From Nitrospirales bacterium (GTDB taxonomy: Bacteria > Nitrospirota > Nitrospiria > Nitrospirales > UBA8639), in NCBI GenBank assembly GCA_965203295.1, contig CBDBCZ010000018.1:2496001-2560000 (forward strand): 64,000 nucleotides of DNA. Direction: 5' to 3'. Numbering within the stretch: position 1 is the first letter of the stretch; each line of letters begins with the position of its first letter. Below are positions 1 to 12,247 of the stretch, piece after piece. The notes beneath the pieces were generated by a model, which ran no database searches, was not told the DNA's origin, and was given only the letters and a program-made list of their open reading frames with translations. The translations under genes were made by a program, and so were the position numbers.

Positions 1-759
1 CACCCTCTCCATAATCGGACAGTGGATTATTTTTTTTGCCGTGTAAGGAGCCCAAGACACTCTCCAATGCTAAGATTGGGATATCATTGGGAATGTAGAC
101 ACTTAGCAACACAACGGTGCAAGTCTGATGTTTAGATGTCGTGTCCTTCCCGAGATAGAGCTGCTTTACCTGATTTCGTACACTAAAAGCTTCAGCATTA
201 AGGCGAACAGCTCTATCTTGAGAACCATAGCACGTACGTGTAAACATCGGGCTTGCACAGTTGTGCTGCTAAGTACCTGTACTTTACAACAATATCCAAA
301 TGCTAGCGCTACAGAGTGTTATGGGGTCTATACACAGAAAAAACTCGAAATCCACTGTCCGATTATAGAGATTGTGACACAGCCATACATTCAGCAGCAC
401 CCCCTGTGCTCAAAGCAGCTACTATGGCGAAAGGTTGGCGTGCGGCAGCATGGTACTGGGGCTTCCCAATAATAAAGAAAGAACACTGAAAATTGCTTCA
501 GGGAGGAAACACGGAATAGAGACCGACAATATATAGATTTGCCCAATCATAGCTTTGCCCGAATTTAAATTTGGAAGGCTATACATGTAGCTCCAGAACC
601 AAGCAATGGAGGAACACCAAACTTCAACTTAAAGTGCGAAGGGTTTGTACTATCCTGCCCACTTCCAGTAATTTACACACTCGGCGCTACCACGTCCGAA
701 TATACCTGGTGGCAGACCAACAGTGGCTTACTCTATTAGCGTCTGTCAGTCTGTGAGGT

Positions 760-1945
760 AGTCTTGAGTTTTAGTACCGTGTAGTCTTGAGTTAGGCCGT
801 GTTTGTCGATTGTATTAGTCTGTCTGTTCGTTAGTTTTGAGTATTAGCACCTAAGCCGTGTTTCTTGAATGTAGTAGTGCATGTCTGTTAGTTAGTTCTA
901 AGTTTTAGTCTTAGGCTGTGTTTCCCGATCGTATTAGCGTCTGCTTCTTAGTTTGCAGTTGTAGTTTTTAGGCCTAGTTTCTGGCATGCATATTCTCTGT
1001 CTGTTAACTAGTCTTGTATCTAAGCCATGTTTTTTGGCTGTATTAGTGCCTGTCTGTTAGTTAGTCTTGAGTTTTAGTACTTAGCAATTGTTTCTCGACT
1101 GTATTAGTGTCTGTCTGCCTGTTAGTCTTCAGTTCTAGTTTTTAAGCCGTGTTTCTCGACTGTATTAAAGTCTGTCTGTTCTTTAGTTATGAGTTTTAGT
1201 AATAACTTCGTGTATATCGACTGTATTAGTGCCTGTCTACTAGTTAGTTTTGCGTTTTAGTTTTTAGGCCATGTTTCTGGCATGCGTTTGTCTATTATTT
1301 CGTCTCGAGTTCCACTATTTAGGCCATGTTTCTCAACTGTATTAGAGGTTGTCTGTTAGTTAGTTTTGAGTTTTAGTATTTAGGCTATGTTTCTCGACTG
1401 TATTATGTCTGTCCGTCTATCTGTTAGCTAGTCTTGAGTTTCAATATTTAGGCTGCCTTTTTTGATTGTAATAGTGTGTCTGTTAGGTAGTCTTGAAGAT
1501 TACTATTTAGGCTGTGTTCCTCAACAGTATTAGTGTCTATGGGTTAGTTAGTTAGCAGTTTCAGTATTTAAGCCGTGTCGCTGGCATGCGTAAGTCTCTG
1601 CCTGTTAGTTAGCCTTGAGTTTTTGTATTTAAGCCATGTTTATTGACTGTATGAGAGTCTGTTTGTCTTGAGTTTTAATATTCAGGCCGCCTTTCTCGAC
1701 TTTATTACTGTCTGCCATTTAGTTAGTCTTGCATTTTAGTATTGAGGCCCTGTTTTTTGACTGAATTAGTGTCTGTGCATTAGTTAGTCTTGAATTTTAG
1801 TATTTATGCCGTGTTTATCAAATGTATTAGTTTTTGTCTGTTAGTCTTCAGTTTTAGTATTTAGGCTGCCTTTCTCAAATTTATTGGTGTTTCTCCATTA
1901 GTTATCCTTAAGTTTTAGTATTGAGGCTGTGCTTTTCAACTGCTG
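760..1945. repeat. Degenerate ~60-bp tandem satellite, about 20 copies
   Basis: Recurring unit ~GTTTCTCGACTGTATTAGTGTCTGTCTGTTAGTTAGTCTTGAGTTTTAGTATTTAGGCCGT; T-rich + strand. Confidence 0.9.
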
Positions 1946-3097
1946 TTTTCTGAGGTAAACCGCCACATTCAGCACTAGAAAACTTAGAGTACACATAACA
2001 AGGCAATAATGAAAAAAGCACTTTCAAAAAAGTGCAAAACCAGTCATGTACGGATGCACTTCCACCAAAAAAAACACTTCCCCAAAAACCAATGGAACAA
2101 GCAACAATGCATTCAGGAGGCATGCACAGACTACCCACACATCACAGTGTGATGCATTTACCGCGTACCTACCATCCCTACATCTTTCCAACCAGTGGTA
2201 GTGTAATTTGTAATGTGTGTGTATATGTGTAGCTAATGTGTGAGTGTGTTGGTGGTTGTGGAAGGTATGTGAAAGAGTTGATTGTGTAAATGTTGGACAA
2301 GTGAATGGTTAAGGCGGTGTTTGTATAAAAAAGGGTCTGGGAGTATTCGGAGATGTGTGGTTGAGTGTTGTGAAGTTTTGTGAGTGTTGTGAGGTAGTAT
2401 GTGCGTGGATGTTCTTTATAGGGAGGTCGATATGGGTGTTTTTTGTAATTTAAAAGTTTGCTCTTTGTTCAGACTTTCCTCCTATCAAACCCCTATTGCC
2501 CTTTCAACTTCCTCAAGCTGTATAGATTGAATATTTTCATCACTAGCACAAAACACCTTCAGGGGGCGATAGTAGTAAGACAGTACGGGATACAGGTAGA
2601 TGTGATGGCACTGTATGCAAGAATGATCACTGGCCCCTACGTTTGTAAAAGAAAAGCAGCTAGGATTCAAACTAGACCTTTACAAACATGGGACCTACTA
2701 TGAGAGGTAAACCTTCAAATAATACCAGAATATCAGAAGTTTGAGTGCCACATTTTCTATGAAGGGAAAATTAAGTGCATCACTACTGCTAAAACGTGTG
2801 TAACTGCTACTCCAGAGTGGATTATGCTGTATTGTACCAGAAATATGGAAATTAACTCCTACTGAATGTTGCCTAACTGCAACCCCAACCCTAACGTCAC
2901 AAAGGGTGTTAAATAGAGAGTAATTAAATTCGGGTATTTGCTAGGTCCATGTGGTATAGTAGCAACATTATGGAGCTAGCTACCCTCAATAAAACAAGTT
3001 CAACAACCATTTACCTCGCACTCCTGTCTATAGGGGTAATCTATAGTTAATATAGACTCCATAACATCCCGGAGTCTATATTATCTATGGGTAAACG

Positions 3098-3642
3098 TAG
3101 GCCAGACAATTATTTTTCTGGGGGGGGGAGGGGGGAGTATCGTCTGGTGACTATTGCCAACATTTCGTTGCATCCGCCAAAATGTTGGAAGAAAATTAAT
3201 GTTGGTGAGTAGTCACATGACCAAGATGTCTGCTGCTATTCTAAGAGCCGAGTTTGTGCTGCAATCTAAAGCTATAAAGCTTTTCGAATACACTCATGCA
3301 GCTACGTCCAAAGCTGGAATTACAGTGGTCAAGTGATTTGTACAAGGGAGAGACGTGTTGTGAGCCTTCCGTGTAGCGGTAAGTCTCTATGCTACTTGCT
3401 AGTGTTTCATGTTAAGTTTAAAAGGTAAGAAACTCTGTTATACACAAGATCAACTTTCGCGAGATCAACTGGCTTGCAAGACTAACGACATAGCATGCTT
3501 TTCGCTATAAAGTACTATACACTCCCTTATGTGACGTCCTACAGTAGACCTAGTTACATAATTTGCATAAAGGAACGGAACTGCGGCAATAGTCACCAGA
3601 CTACACTCCTCCCTCGTTAAAATACTCTAGCCCGAGAGACTA
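3098..3642 (+). mobile_element. Internally deleted AcademH-like DNA transposon with a RecQ helicase remnant
   Basis: Inverted ends (GTCTGGTGACTATTGCC ~3142 / GGCAATAGTCACCAGAC ~3585; right terminus GAGACTA). Frameshifted 3300-3395 reads ~FVQGRDV-VSLP-SGKSLCY, the RecQ motif I region. Confidence 0.65.
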
Positions 3643-3693
3643 GTAAAATAGCATGTGATTAGAGCACGGGTAAATTTCTTTTCCACCGCGTAC

Positions 3694-3930
3694 CTGGAGA
3701 AAGTGCTGTGCCTGTTGGTACATAGCCTCGTCTAGACACTTCACCCCCAGTATCGTCAGGACCGTCTCGTCGCATGCAGAGCACTTCAAAACATCGTGCG
3801 CGATCTCATGGGAAATCTGTAGAGTCTCGGAAAGCCCGCTTAGCTCGTCCAACACACGGAATAAGGCACCGAGGAAGTCTTCCCGAATTTTTGCCTTATA
3901 AGATGGCTTTTCCTGGCTGCCTGGAGCTAG
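3694..3930 (-). CDS. Probable exon of an unidentified alpha-helical (TPR-like?) protein; 5' boundary unresolved
   Basis: Open frame REDFLGALFRVLDELSG...CLDEAMYQQAQHFLQ ending at a CAG|GTACG donor, next to a CpG-rich promoter-like region. Confidence 0.45.
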
Positions 3931-4004
3931 GTATCCAAGATGAAGGACATAACTTGAGCTAGCTATTATAGCTAGATATAAGGCGACGTGGCTGGGCAAG
4001 ACTC

Positions 4005-4170
4005 ACATGTACCAATCACGAGAGCAATTTAGGAATGGGGGCGGGGCTCGCTAGGAGCGAGCGTAGTCTCGCGGGCCAGACTAACTTTTCGCCTCCGTGG
4101 GAAATACTCCCGAAAAGTTAGTCTTGCCCGCGAGACTAGAGCGAGCGTACGCGACGAGGAACGGTTGGAT
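4005..4170. promoter_or_regulatory. CpG-rich putative bidirectional promoter
   Basis: CCAAT (~4012), GC box GGGGCGGGGC (~4038) and CpG enrichment between a - strand exon and a + strand candidate first exon (ATG ~4169 to GTAAGT donor ~4231). Confidence 0.4.
4064..4138. mobile_element. 75-bp hairpin MITE (TAG...CTA) with a perfect 9-bp TSD
   Basis: TAGTCTCGCGGGCCAGACTAACTTTTCG...CGAAAAGTTAGTCTTGCCCGCGAGACTA flanked by GAGCGAGCG on both sides. Confidence 0.85.
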
Positions 4171-6699
4171 GAACGTGTTGCCAAACGTTACAGGGTCTTC
4201 AGTAGGTTGCTCTGACAGTCATACCCCAGGGTAAGTGGAACAGATACTGCCGCTCATCTGCCTGAGGCAAAAGTAGCTTAAATTATGGGTGAGAGTATCT
4301 GACTACTATATTTCTGGGTCAGGTCGTTTTCTCGTTACCAGCGCAAAACTAAGGCTAACACCGCCTTAGTATCCTTCGCCTTGATTGTGAGCTGGGAGCG
4401 AGACTAGTCCAATCCTTAGTCTGGGTGGTGGGGATGGTCTGATCCAAACCTGGGCTGGCTGCATGACTTCACACTTCAAACTATTGGTAAGGTTTCTGTC
4501 TGATTTCCAGCATAATTTCATGCAGGATGGGGACAGATACACTAACCTTAGCTGCTCTACTAAGTAGCTGAATGCTGCTTTTTGGGCCACACTAGCGTCT
4601 GTAGCTACATCAGCCAACGTTCCACAGTTCCATTATCAAGTATATATAAGCTTTAATATTTAGACTCGAACATCAAGTTGAAGAGCACTCTAATGGATAG
4701 TGTGCTAGATATAATCCTGAGATGGAACCCGCACAGTGCCAGGATTTATCTTTCCCTGCATTGCTTAATATTTTGTCATTTGTTCGATCTATCAACTGTA
4801 CTGTGCATTGCCTTTTATGAATTCATGAGCTCTGTTTAGGCATTTCAGGATCCCGTTTAAAAAGAACTCGATATACATGGATGTGTAAACGCACTAATTC
4901 AATTCAGAAACTAAACCTCATCAGCAACATGATGTGGGTTACCAGTATGCTCATAAGCCAGTTTCCAAAATCAGTACATTGACTCCTATAAGATTTATTG
5001 TACCCTGAATCTTGAACCATATGCCTGTATTTTAGAGATTTGGGTTTATTTGGGATTAGTGCCACACACAGATTTATTAAATGTACAATACAGTTTATCA
5101 GTTAGTACCAATTCACAGACTGAGGGGGTAGTTTCCAGTTCACAAGAAAATGCTTCTGCCATTAGTTTTGAATTTATTGGCCGGGGAGAGCCTTGGAATA
5201 AGGCAAATTTCCTTTTTTTCTTCTGTAGGTATGGTGGATACTGTCCTATTAAGGATACATATGGTGCAACATTTGGAACTGCTACCAAACATTACCACCA
5301 GATTGTGTGAGCATCTCTAAACCGTAGATAGGCAAATCTCTCACCCAAATGTCCACACGTAGAGGAGTGTTTGGATGATTAATTCCTTAATCAACCAGAA
5401 GGCTATAACAAGCCTTCTGGTTTGAAATTGAATCACCAACAAAACTGCATTCCCTGCAATGTTGCTATGATGTGTACTTGAATTACGATAAATAACAATA
5501 GCTACCAAGTCTGTGACAGCAAAGTAACCACTGGAGATCTTCCTTTGTACATGAGTGCATGAACAGCTGCCACCTCAGGACTAATTAATCAGACTTCTGC
5601 TATAGTAATAAGTTCAGTCTAATGTCTGCCTTCTACAGTAACTACGAACCTGTAGGTAGCATTCAAAACTCTTATCTTCATGTATAGTTTTTTGATTAGC
5701 AAGCACGTGCATATAGCTAGTGGCCAAGATCAGAGAGCCTGTGTGGGCATGCTGTGCACTCAACTGGTTGATAGTGTCTACCGTCATGGCATTCCATGCA
5801 GAAATTGCAATGTTGTAAGGTAAAAAAATATGGTGTACATGTTTGCAGAGTAACGTAGGCTCTCATGATCAATATCTTCATTTGCATTTATAATACATCT
5901 ACCGTTCATTGTATGGGAAATTCATCAATAATGTTTTCATTGGTGCTCTGCAGTCATCAGGAGAGCCTAAACTCTAGCAGGAAACCACTAAAGAGGACAG
6001 CTAGCGAGAGTGGCATGACTTTTGTTGAACTATACTTCTCTATTTCAAGGTAAAGTGTTTCTTTAGCTAATATTCTTACATACTACTTCAGTGTCTGAAG
6101 TATATTCTGGGGTACATCAACTCGGTCTGAGAAATATCTCTCCGATAATTTATAGCTAAAGCTGACACCAATATCTTGAGGGTAGATGCTTGGGAACTAC
6201 CCCTTGACGAGTATTCTTGTTTCCAACACATTTATCCAAGTTTCATGGTGTGAGGTATAAATAATACTGCCTTTTTTTAGGACAACCAATAACCAAAGGC
6301 TCAGGCAACAATTAATGTTCGGGAGAATGTTTGCAACTTTATTGCCAAGATCTGCTGTTCTACTTGAAGTAAGAAATAATGCTCCCGAGGTGAAAAAAAA
6401 ATTAGACTCGCCTTCACCATTTTGCGGGAACTTTTACTCTGTGTATGAAACCCTGCAACATATGTGCTGTAATGGTGTCTGGCAGGCTATAGCAAAAGCA
6501 CTAATTGTCACTCTTTCAGTTATTGAGAGTGTGTGCAGCCCGCTTGTATATTCCTCTGAACACTTCCCCACTCTTTCTTGCACTTGTCTGAAATCTGCAC
6601 AAACAGCTATTCTCCCAGAGTCTAGTGCTTAAAGCTACAGTGATTATGTCATCTCAAACTATTAGCTGTAGGTCTCAGGTAGTGTGCAGGTAGATACAA

Positions 6700-7220
6700 T
6701 GAATATAGGAGAGAAAATTGAATCAATTACGTAGGTTTTTAAGTCATAGGAATATCAGTACAGTTGCAAGAAGGTTATTGCTAGTTTCGGTACTTAGTCC
6801 TACTTAGAATAGTGTGGGCTTGTAATAAAAGGCAGACAGCTTCCTTGGAATCTACTCAGCTAGGAGCAGCTAAAAAAATATTTGGCTGCTCTTCTAAAAC
6901 GTGCAATGAAGCAGTAGGGGGATATGGGGTTAGAATCTTTGAAAGGCAGGAGGGATAGATGCAAAATTAAGTGATGGTATAAAGTCAATAATTTGAATGC
7001 TGAGAGATATCCTAGATTACTACTAGACAGTGAATGGGAAGTGAAGCCGTGTAGGGGTAGGCAGAGGAAGACCTGGAGGAAAATTATATGGCGATCAGGA
7101 TGGTAATGGTGAGACATCTGGTTGCTCTTGCTCTTGTCCTCTGACTGGAGATCTTTCAAGCTTCGCCTGCGTATGTGGGTGCGTGGTCGATGGCATAAGC
7201 GCTACGGCAGCAACATGAGT
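6700..7220 (+). mobile_element. Degenerate non-LTR retrotransposon, 3' part of RT ORF plus 3' UTR
   Basis: Frameshifted ~GCSSKTCNEAV-GDMGLESLKGRRDRCKIK; matches the reverse complement of ~37200-37520; tail recurs at ~26400, ~36600 and ~57720. Confidence 0.7.
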
Positions 7221-8135
7221 AGTTATTCTGCAAAGCAACACATTTTTATCTAAAATAGCTAGGGTACAGGGGACTTACTAACTGGTAAGAGTGCATACGT
7301 TGTAAGATATACACTTTTTTTGTAGCTGCAGTGCTCAGGTTATGTATGAAAAAAAATCTGATTATGGTGCCTTAAAAATTCACCAACCAGCCTGAACTGC
7401 ACTTAATTGATATGGGAAGGCCATTAGCAATGAGAATGCATGCATGTATGCAGCTCAGTGTCATAACATACATATATTATACATGCATTATTAATCCCTA
7501 GTGTAGACCCCTTTGTGTAAATAGCAACTACCTGTTCATTGCAAGCCTCTGTATTAACTGTCCTTGGGTTAATTGTTCTTGGCTTTTGCTGAAATCATCA
7601 CTGAGGCGTGGTTGGACATGTCAGATGTATCTAGAGATGGCAATCTGAAAAGTAGTGTGGTGTGTTCCTGCCTTGTACGCTACTTTTGGGGGGATTCATC
7701 CCCGTACGTTTTTTCATTTTTCGAATGTAACTATGCATGCTACTTGACATTCTGAGCCTGTAGTGCTCAGCAATTTAGTATTGACAATGAACTTTCAATA
7801 ACATTTGAATTGTACACAGCTGGCACAGCAACACAGTGAACAGTACAAAGATCACACTGGCCTGCTGCCCCAAGTACAGACCTTTACCCACAGGAGACAT
7901 GCCTCCGCACCCCCTCTGTCAAGGTATGACATTGCTTTTAAAGTTACTGTAGTTACGAAACATTTTTTGATGCTACGTAGGTGGTTACTTATTTTTCAAT
8001 CTCAGGGAAGTGTTAAATAGAGAATTATGAGGGGGAGGCATGCCCACAGACCCCCTTGCAATTGAAGGACGTTTGCTAGTTCAGCATATGAAAACCTGCA
8101 ACCTGTATAGTTCATATGATTAATCCAAAACCAGA

Positions 8136-8567
8136 TTTTTACCAGCCGGAGCGCGCGCAGCGCGCGAACGGCTGGTACTAAGATTGATTTACGTTTTCCG
8201 CGTCTGTTTGTTTGTTTGTTTGTCTGTCTGTTTGTGCGTCCACACTTATCACGTGCGCAAAATATTACGTCATACGTTACTATGCAACTGCAGTGTATAG
8301 CAGCTTTTGGAAGTTTGCGGGCCAAGCTACAGCAAATGAAGATAGCTTTGTGTTGCCTAGATGGCGAAAACGTGGTAGGTAGCCGTAAAGATCCTGTTTT
8401 GGTGGCGTATAGCTACTATCTGGAGGCGTATAACAAAACTGCTGAGTCAGCACTTTCGCTGTACCGTTCTAGGAATATAGTATCTCTGGCTCTACAGCTG
8501 TAGTTTAATAGCTTGGTCTAAGCTAAGTTGTGTGTATTGTACGGGAAAGGCGTCTGGCTGGTTTTTT
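8136..8567 (+). mobile_element. Helentron-associated (DINE-1/HINE-like) non-autonomous element
   Basis: T-run, ACCAGCCG...CGGCTGGT hairpin, (GTTT/GTCT)n microsatellite, distal inverted TCTGGCTGGT ending in a T-run. Confidence 0.55.
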
Positions 8568-9584
8568 AGACATGAAATGTCAGACTTGTTTTGACAGAAT
8601 GGTTTTTGTGGTCCCCCAGGACAATCTTCACAATTTCAAAATCAATTTTCAGTCCAAATTTGACCTTCTAGTATACAAAATGAAACATTAAACTCAAAAA
8701 ATGCCTGCTATCCAGTAAAACTAAATTTGGAATTTAGTATCTTCCAGTATAAGGAAATGAAACACTAAATTTATAACTCTTACACCCCCCCGGTAATCCA
8801 TCTGCAGTAGAACTGCATTCTGCTCGTAATAGTGTTCCAGTTTTGTGTGCCAATAGGTCCAGTTTGAATCAATACATACGTTGCATAGTTGAATTGAAGT
8901 ACGTAGTGAAGATTGTTCCAGAGAACAGTGAGCATCATTCCTCTGCAGATTATACTTAATCAATAAGACTTAGTGTGCAGTATATCTCAGTGTGTCAACT
9001 AGGTCACAAGTCTTTGGCCCAGTGTCGTATCGAAGATGTCCATCTGCCAGGGAGAGAGCTGTAAGAGACCTTCACTCTGAAAAACGATAACGTAATGAAT
9101 TCTCTCATTACATTGTTGTACAACATTTCCCCCCGTAGGACAAGATACTGCATGCACTGGTCCATGTTCAGAATGTATGCATGCTGGGTTCAAGCTGTGC
9201 GAAGTGGTGTACGTACGTACGTACGTACGTAAGTAACATTTGTTTTTTTTCTTCTCTGAATGTCACTTTTTGTTCACTAATTGTTAGGTTTTCAACTAGA
9301 ATGCACTGGATGTACTTTGATGTCATCTCTACAACCGCCTTGTCGTATACAGGTGATGGCTGTCTGTCTTTACACAACAGAAGCAAGATACATGATCCTG
9401 TCCTGAAGCTGACTAGATAACAGGCCACGCTGCACTGCAGTACTTCCCAGGTGATTAGGTATAGTTCTAGCTACACATACGTACATGCCTAAGTTCCTCT
9501 GATGGCAATTGGTACCATATCAATGTTTTAAGAACACCATAGGGTATTGTTCTCCCTGTTTTAACCCACCCAGAGCATATAATT

Positions 9585-9780
9585 AAGTCCACCCTTGAGT
9601 ATAAGCCCACACTGAGTATAAGCCCACTCTTGATTATAACCCCACCCCTGAGTATTAGCACATCCCTGAGTATAAGCCCACTCCTGAGTATAAGCCCACT
9701 CCTGAGTATAAGCCCACTGCTGAATATACGTAAGCCCACCCCTGAGTATTAGCACATCTCTGAATATTAGCCCACTCCTG
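9585..9780. repeat. 18-21 bp tandem minisatellite
   Basis: Repeats of CCCAC(T/C)CCTGAGTATAAG. Confidence 0.85.
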
Positions 9781-10672
9781 GACAGACAAAACATTAGAGC
9801 AGAGAGCTAAAAGTGATCATACTTGCATGCTATTCTAGCAGGCCTATATTGTACTGTGGCAGCTCAGGTGAAGCCAAAGCCAATAAAACTAATTTCACTG
9901 AGTGTTATAACCATGGCCAATCTAGTAGCTCATTGTGTTTTTGAAAAGGTTCATGGGTTCAATCCCCAGCTGTGCATTCTACCCTTGATGCAGACACTAT
10001 TGTATGTGCGCAACTGCGCATGCCGTATGCTGTCGCGCGCTTGTATATACTTAATGCTGGTTCGACAGTTTGTTGAGCACAATTAGAAGTACGCACTGTA
10101 AGACTATAGCATAATATAGTTTAATAAAACTGCAATCTGCTTGAGCCTATGGAGGTACTGTTTGATGACTATAGAATAGAATATTTTATTTTCGTGACAC
10201 GCATACACAAGAATGCCCGGCCTAAAACTAGGAGTCACAAATCAATAAATCAAATAACATAGAAAACCGGAAGAGTGAAAGTAGCTACAATGATGATAGA
10301 GTTAAAGTTGCAATCTAGATTTGTATAAATGTTTACCAATTAAATTACTATGACTATTAGCACAAAGGTATATGTAAATTTGTTAACAGTGGAGAGAGGA
10401 GAGAAAGAGGAGTCCATGCAGGAGAAGCTAGATCTCTGCTGGTCCAATGCCTTGCAAGACATTAATGTATTTCAGGCAGTTGAAAATAATTAAGCCTATA
10501 TAGTGCTTGCGTTCTCTGCCCATACGAATTTAGAGTGAGCGTGAGCGGCGGTGGCCTTCTGTGGAGCTGGAGCCATTTGCTAACATCAGCTGACCATCAG
10601 TACAACCTATTGATCATGAGGGAGAAAATGCAATGAATGCACTTGATCAATGAATACACTAGAACTTCTTAC

Positions 10673-10790
10673 TGCATGTGTTGCCGTTGCCACTGAATCC
10701 TACTCTGCAGGTGCATAAGTAGCTCCCATTGGTGTCAGTGCAGTCTGCTTTAGCATCAGTCATGAGAGCCCCTATCACATTCATTGATAT
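10673..10790 (-). pseudogene. Calcium-binding EGF exon with a 2-bp deletion
   Basis: AG|DINECDRGSHD[frameshift]DAKADCTDTNGSYLCTCRVGFSGNGNTC|GT; 118 bp rather than 120. Confidence 0.85.
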
Positions 10791-10923
10791 CTGCATAGAA
10801 AAGAAACGACTACAGTAATTTCTCAGTAAGTGCAAATGTGACAATGGTTTCAGGCAATATACACTGGAATTGTGGGATAAATTGTTGATATTTAGTAAAA
10901 GCTCTAACTGAAATTGGGTTTAC

Positions 10924-11046
10924 TCGTGCAATTCACTCTATCCCCTTCATATCCAGTGACACATGTACAGTTGAAGCTTCTTTCAGTGTCTGAGCAGTTT
11001 GCATTTACGCTGCAGTTATCTGTGTCTCTTTCGCATTCATCAATGT
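10924..11046 (-). CDS. Calcium-binding EGF exon (phase 1-1), fibrillin-like
   Basis: 123 bp, DIDECERDTDNCSVNANCSDTERSFNCTCVTGYEGDRVNCT, AG/GT flanks. Confidence 0.85.
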
Positions 11047-12247
11047 CTTCATGGAGTAAAGTTCATGTATATAGAAACCAGCCATGTATCTTGAAGAATA
11101 GTGCTACTACATTATGCCGAGTCTGAAAATACACAGCTGAAGTTGTACTGTTACATCACAACAGATTGCGTCAGAGCCACAGTTGTGTCCTACTAGTGGA
11201 CACCTTAGAGAAGTGTAGTAAGTACGGCCCAGGAGTGGTCCAAAAACAATTACGTAAGTGAAAGCAGTCTACATGTCATGACTGAGTGGTTGTAAACCTT
11301 CATGCACTATACCTACAGAGAACTAATCCTGTTTCATGCTGCCTGGGTGACATAAAATGTGTAAGTAATAGAAACAAACTAATTTGGAGGAATTTGGTAA
11401 TCATGTAGGCTCCAACACTCCTTCTACATGCATTGTTCCAGGAAACACAGTGCATGTACAGATGAGGCAAATGTCTGAGCATTTAGCATTTGGACTACAG
11501 CTATTGGTACGTATTTCACATTCTGCATGAGTTTAATATTAAATTGCTGCTGCATCTTCTGACAAAATTAATTTCTATGCCAGAAAAGGCACCCTCCCCT
11601 TCAAGCCGACATTTGAAGAAACTAGCAGCTCTGTACGTAGGTACAGTGCACTAAAGTCTGACAATTTTGTGTTTATCTACAGCCAATTATTTATCTATGC
11701 TAAAAGGTACTGATAAGAATGTCCTGCATTCTTTTTTGATGAACAATTACTTGAAATTTAGCTTTATGGTACTGTAGCTATGTGTGTGCTTCTCTGAACT
11801 TGAGAGTTAAGAGTTCCAACCTCCCTGAAGTGTAGTGATTCAAGCGTAACACAGCTACATGTACCCTATATGCTCGTTATTTCATTTGTTACCGTATACT
11901 TACCATTTCGCATGCATGGAAGAATACACTCATGCTAAGCTACCAAGTGAATTTGTTAAATCGATGAAGTCTTGCTGTTTCTGTTTGGCTGAAAGTTGAG
12001 CAAGGTTACCTGGTTGGTTCGCCTATGCATCTGTGCTTGTCATGTGTGTGCAATTTTACATGTACATTATGTTACATGTAAACAGTGTCTACCAGACCAC
12101 TCCTTTTGTAGCCTGGGAATGAGGCTAGCAATCTTGTTGCTTCATCTTCACAACACCACGAAAGGTAGCTTCTGTTAGAATTATTCACATACTTTGAAAT
12201 TGTACCACACATCCACCCATAAAGTGTCCTTTTTTCTCTATCCATAG

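Noticed and set aside
128..756. Short + strand ORFs and possible - strand exons (~170-276, ~706-750)
   Set aside because: No recognisable domain, and a spliced frame could not be established.
9467..9794. ORFs with GLILR / WAYTQE repeats
   Set aside because: Artefacts of an 18-bp minisatellite.
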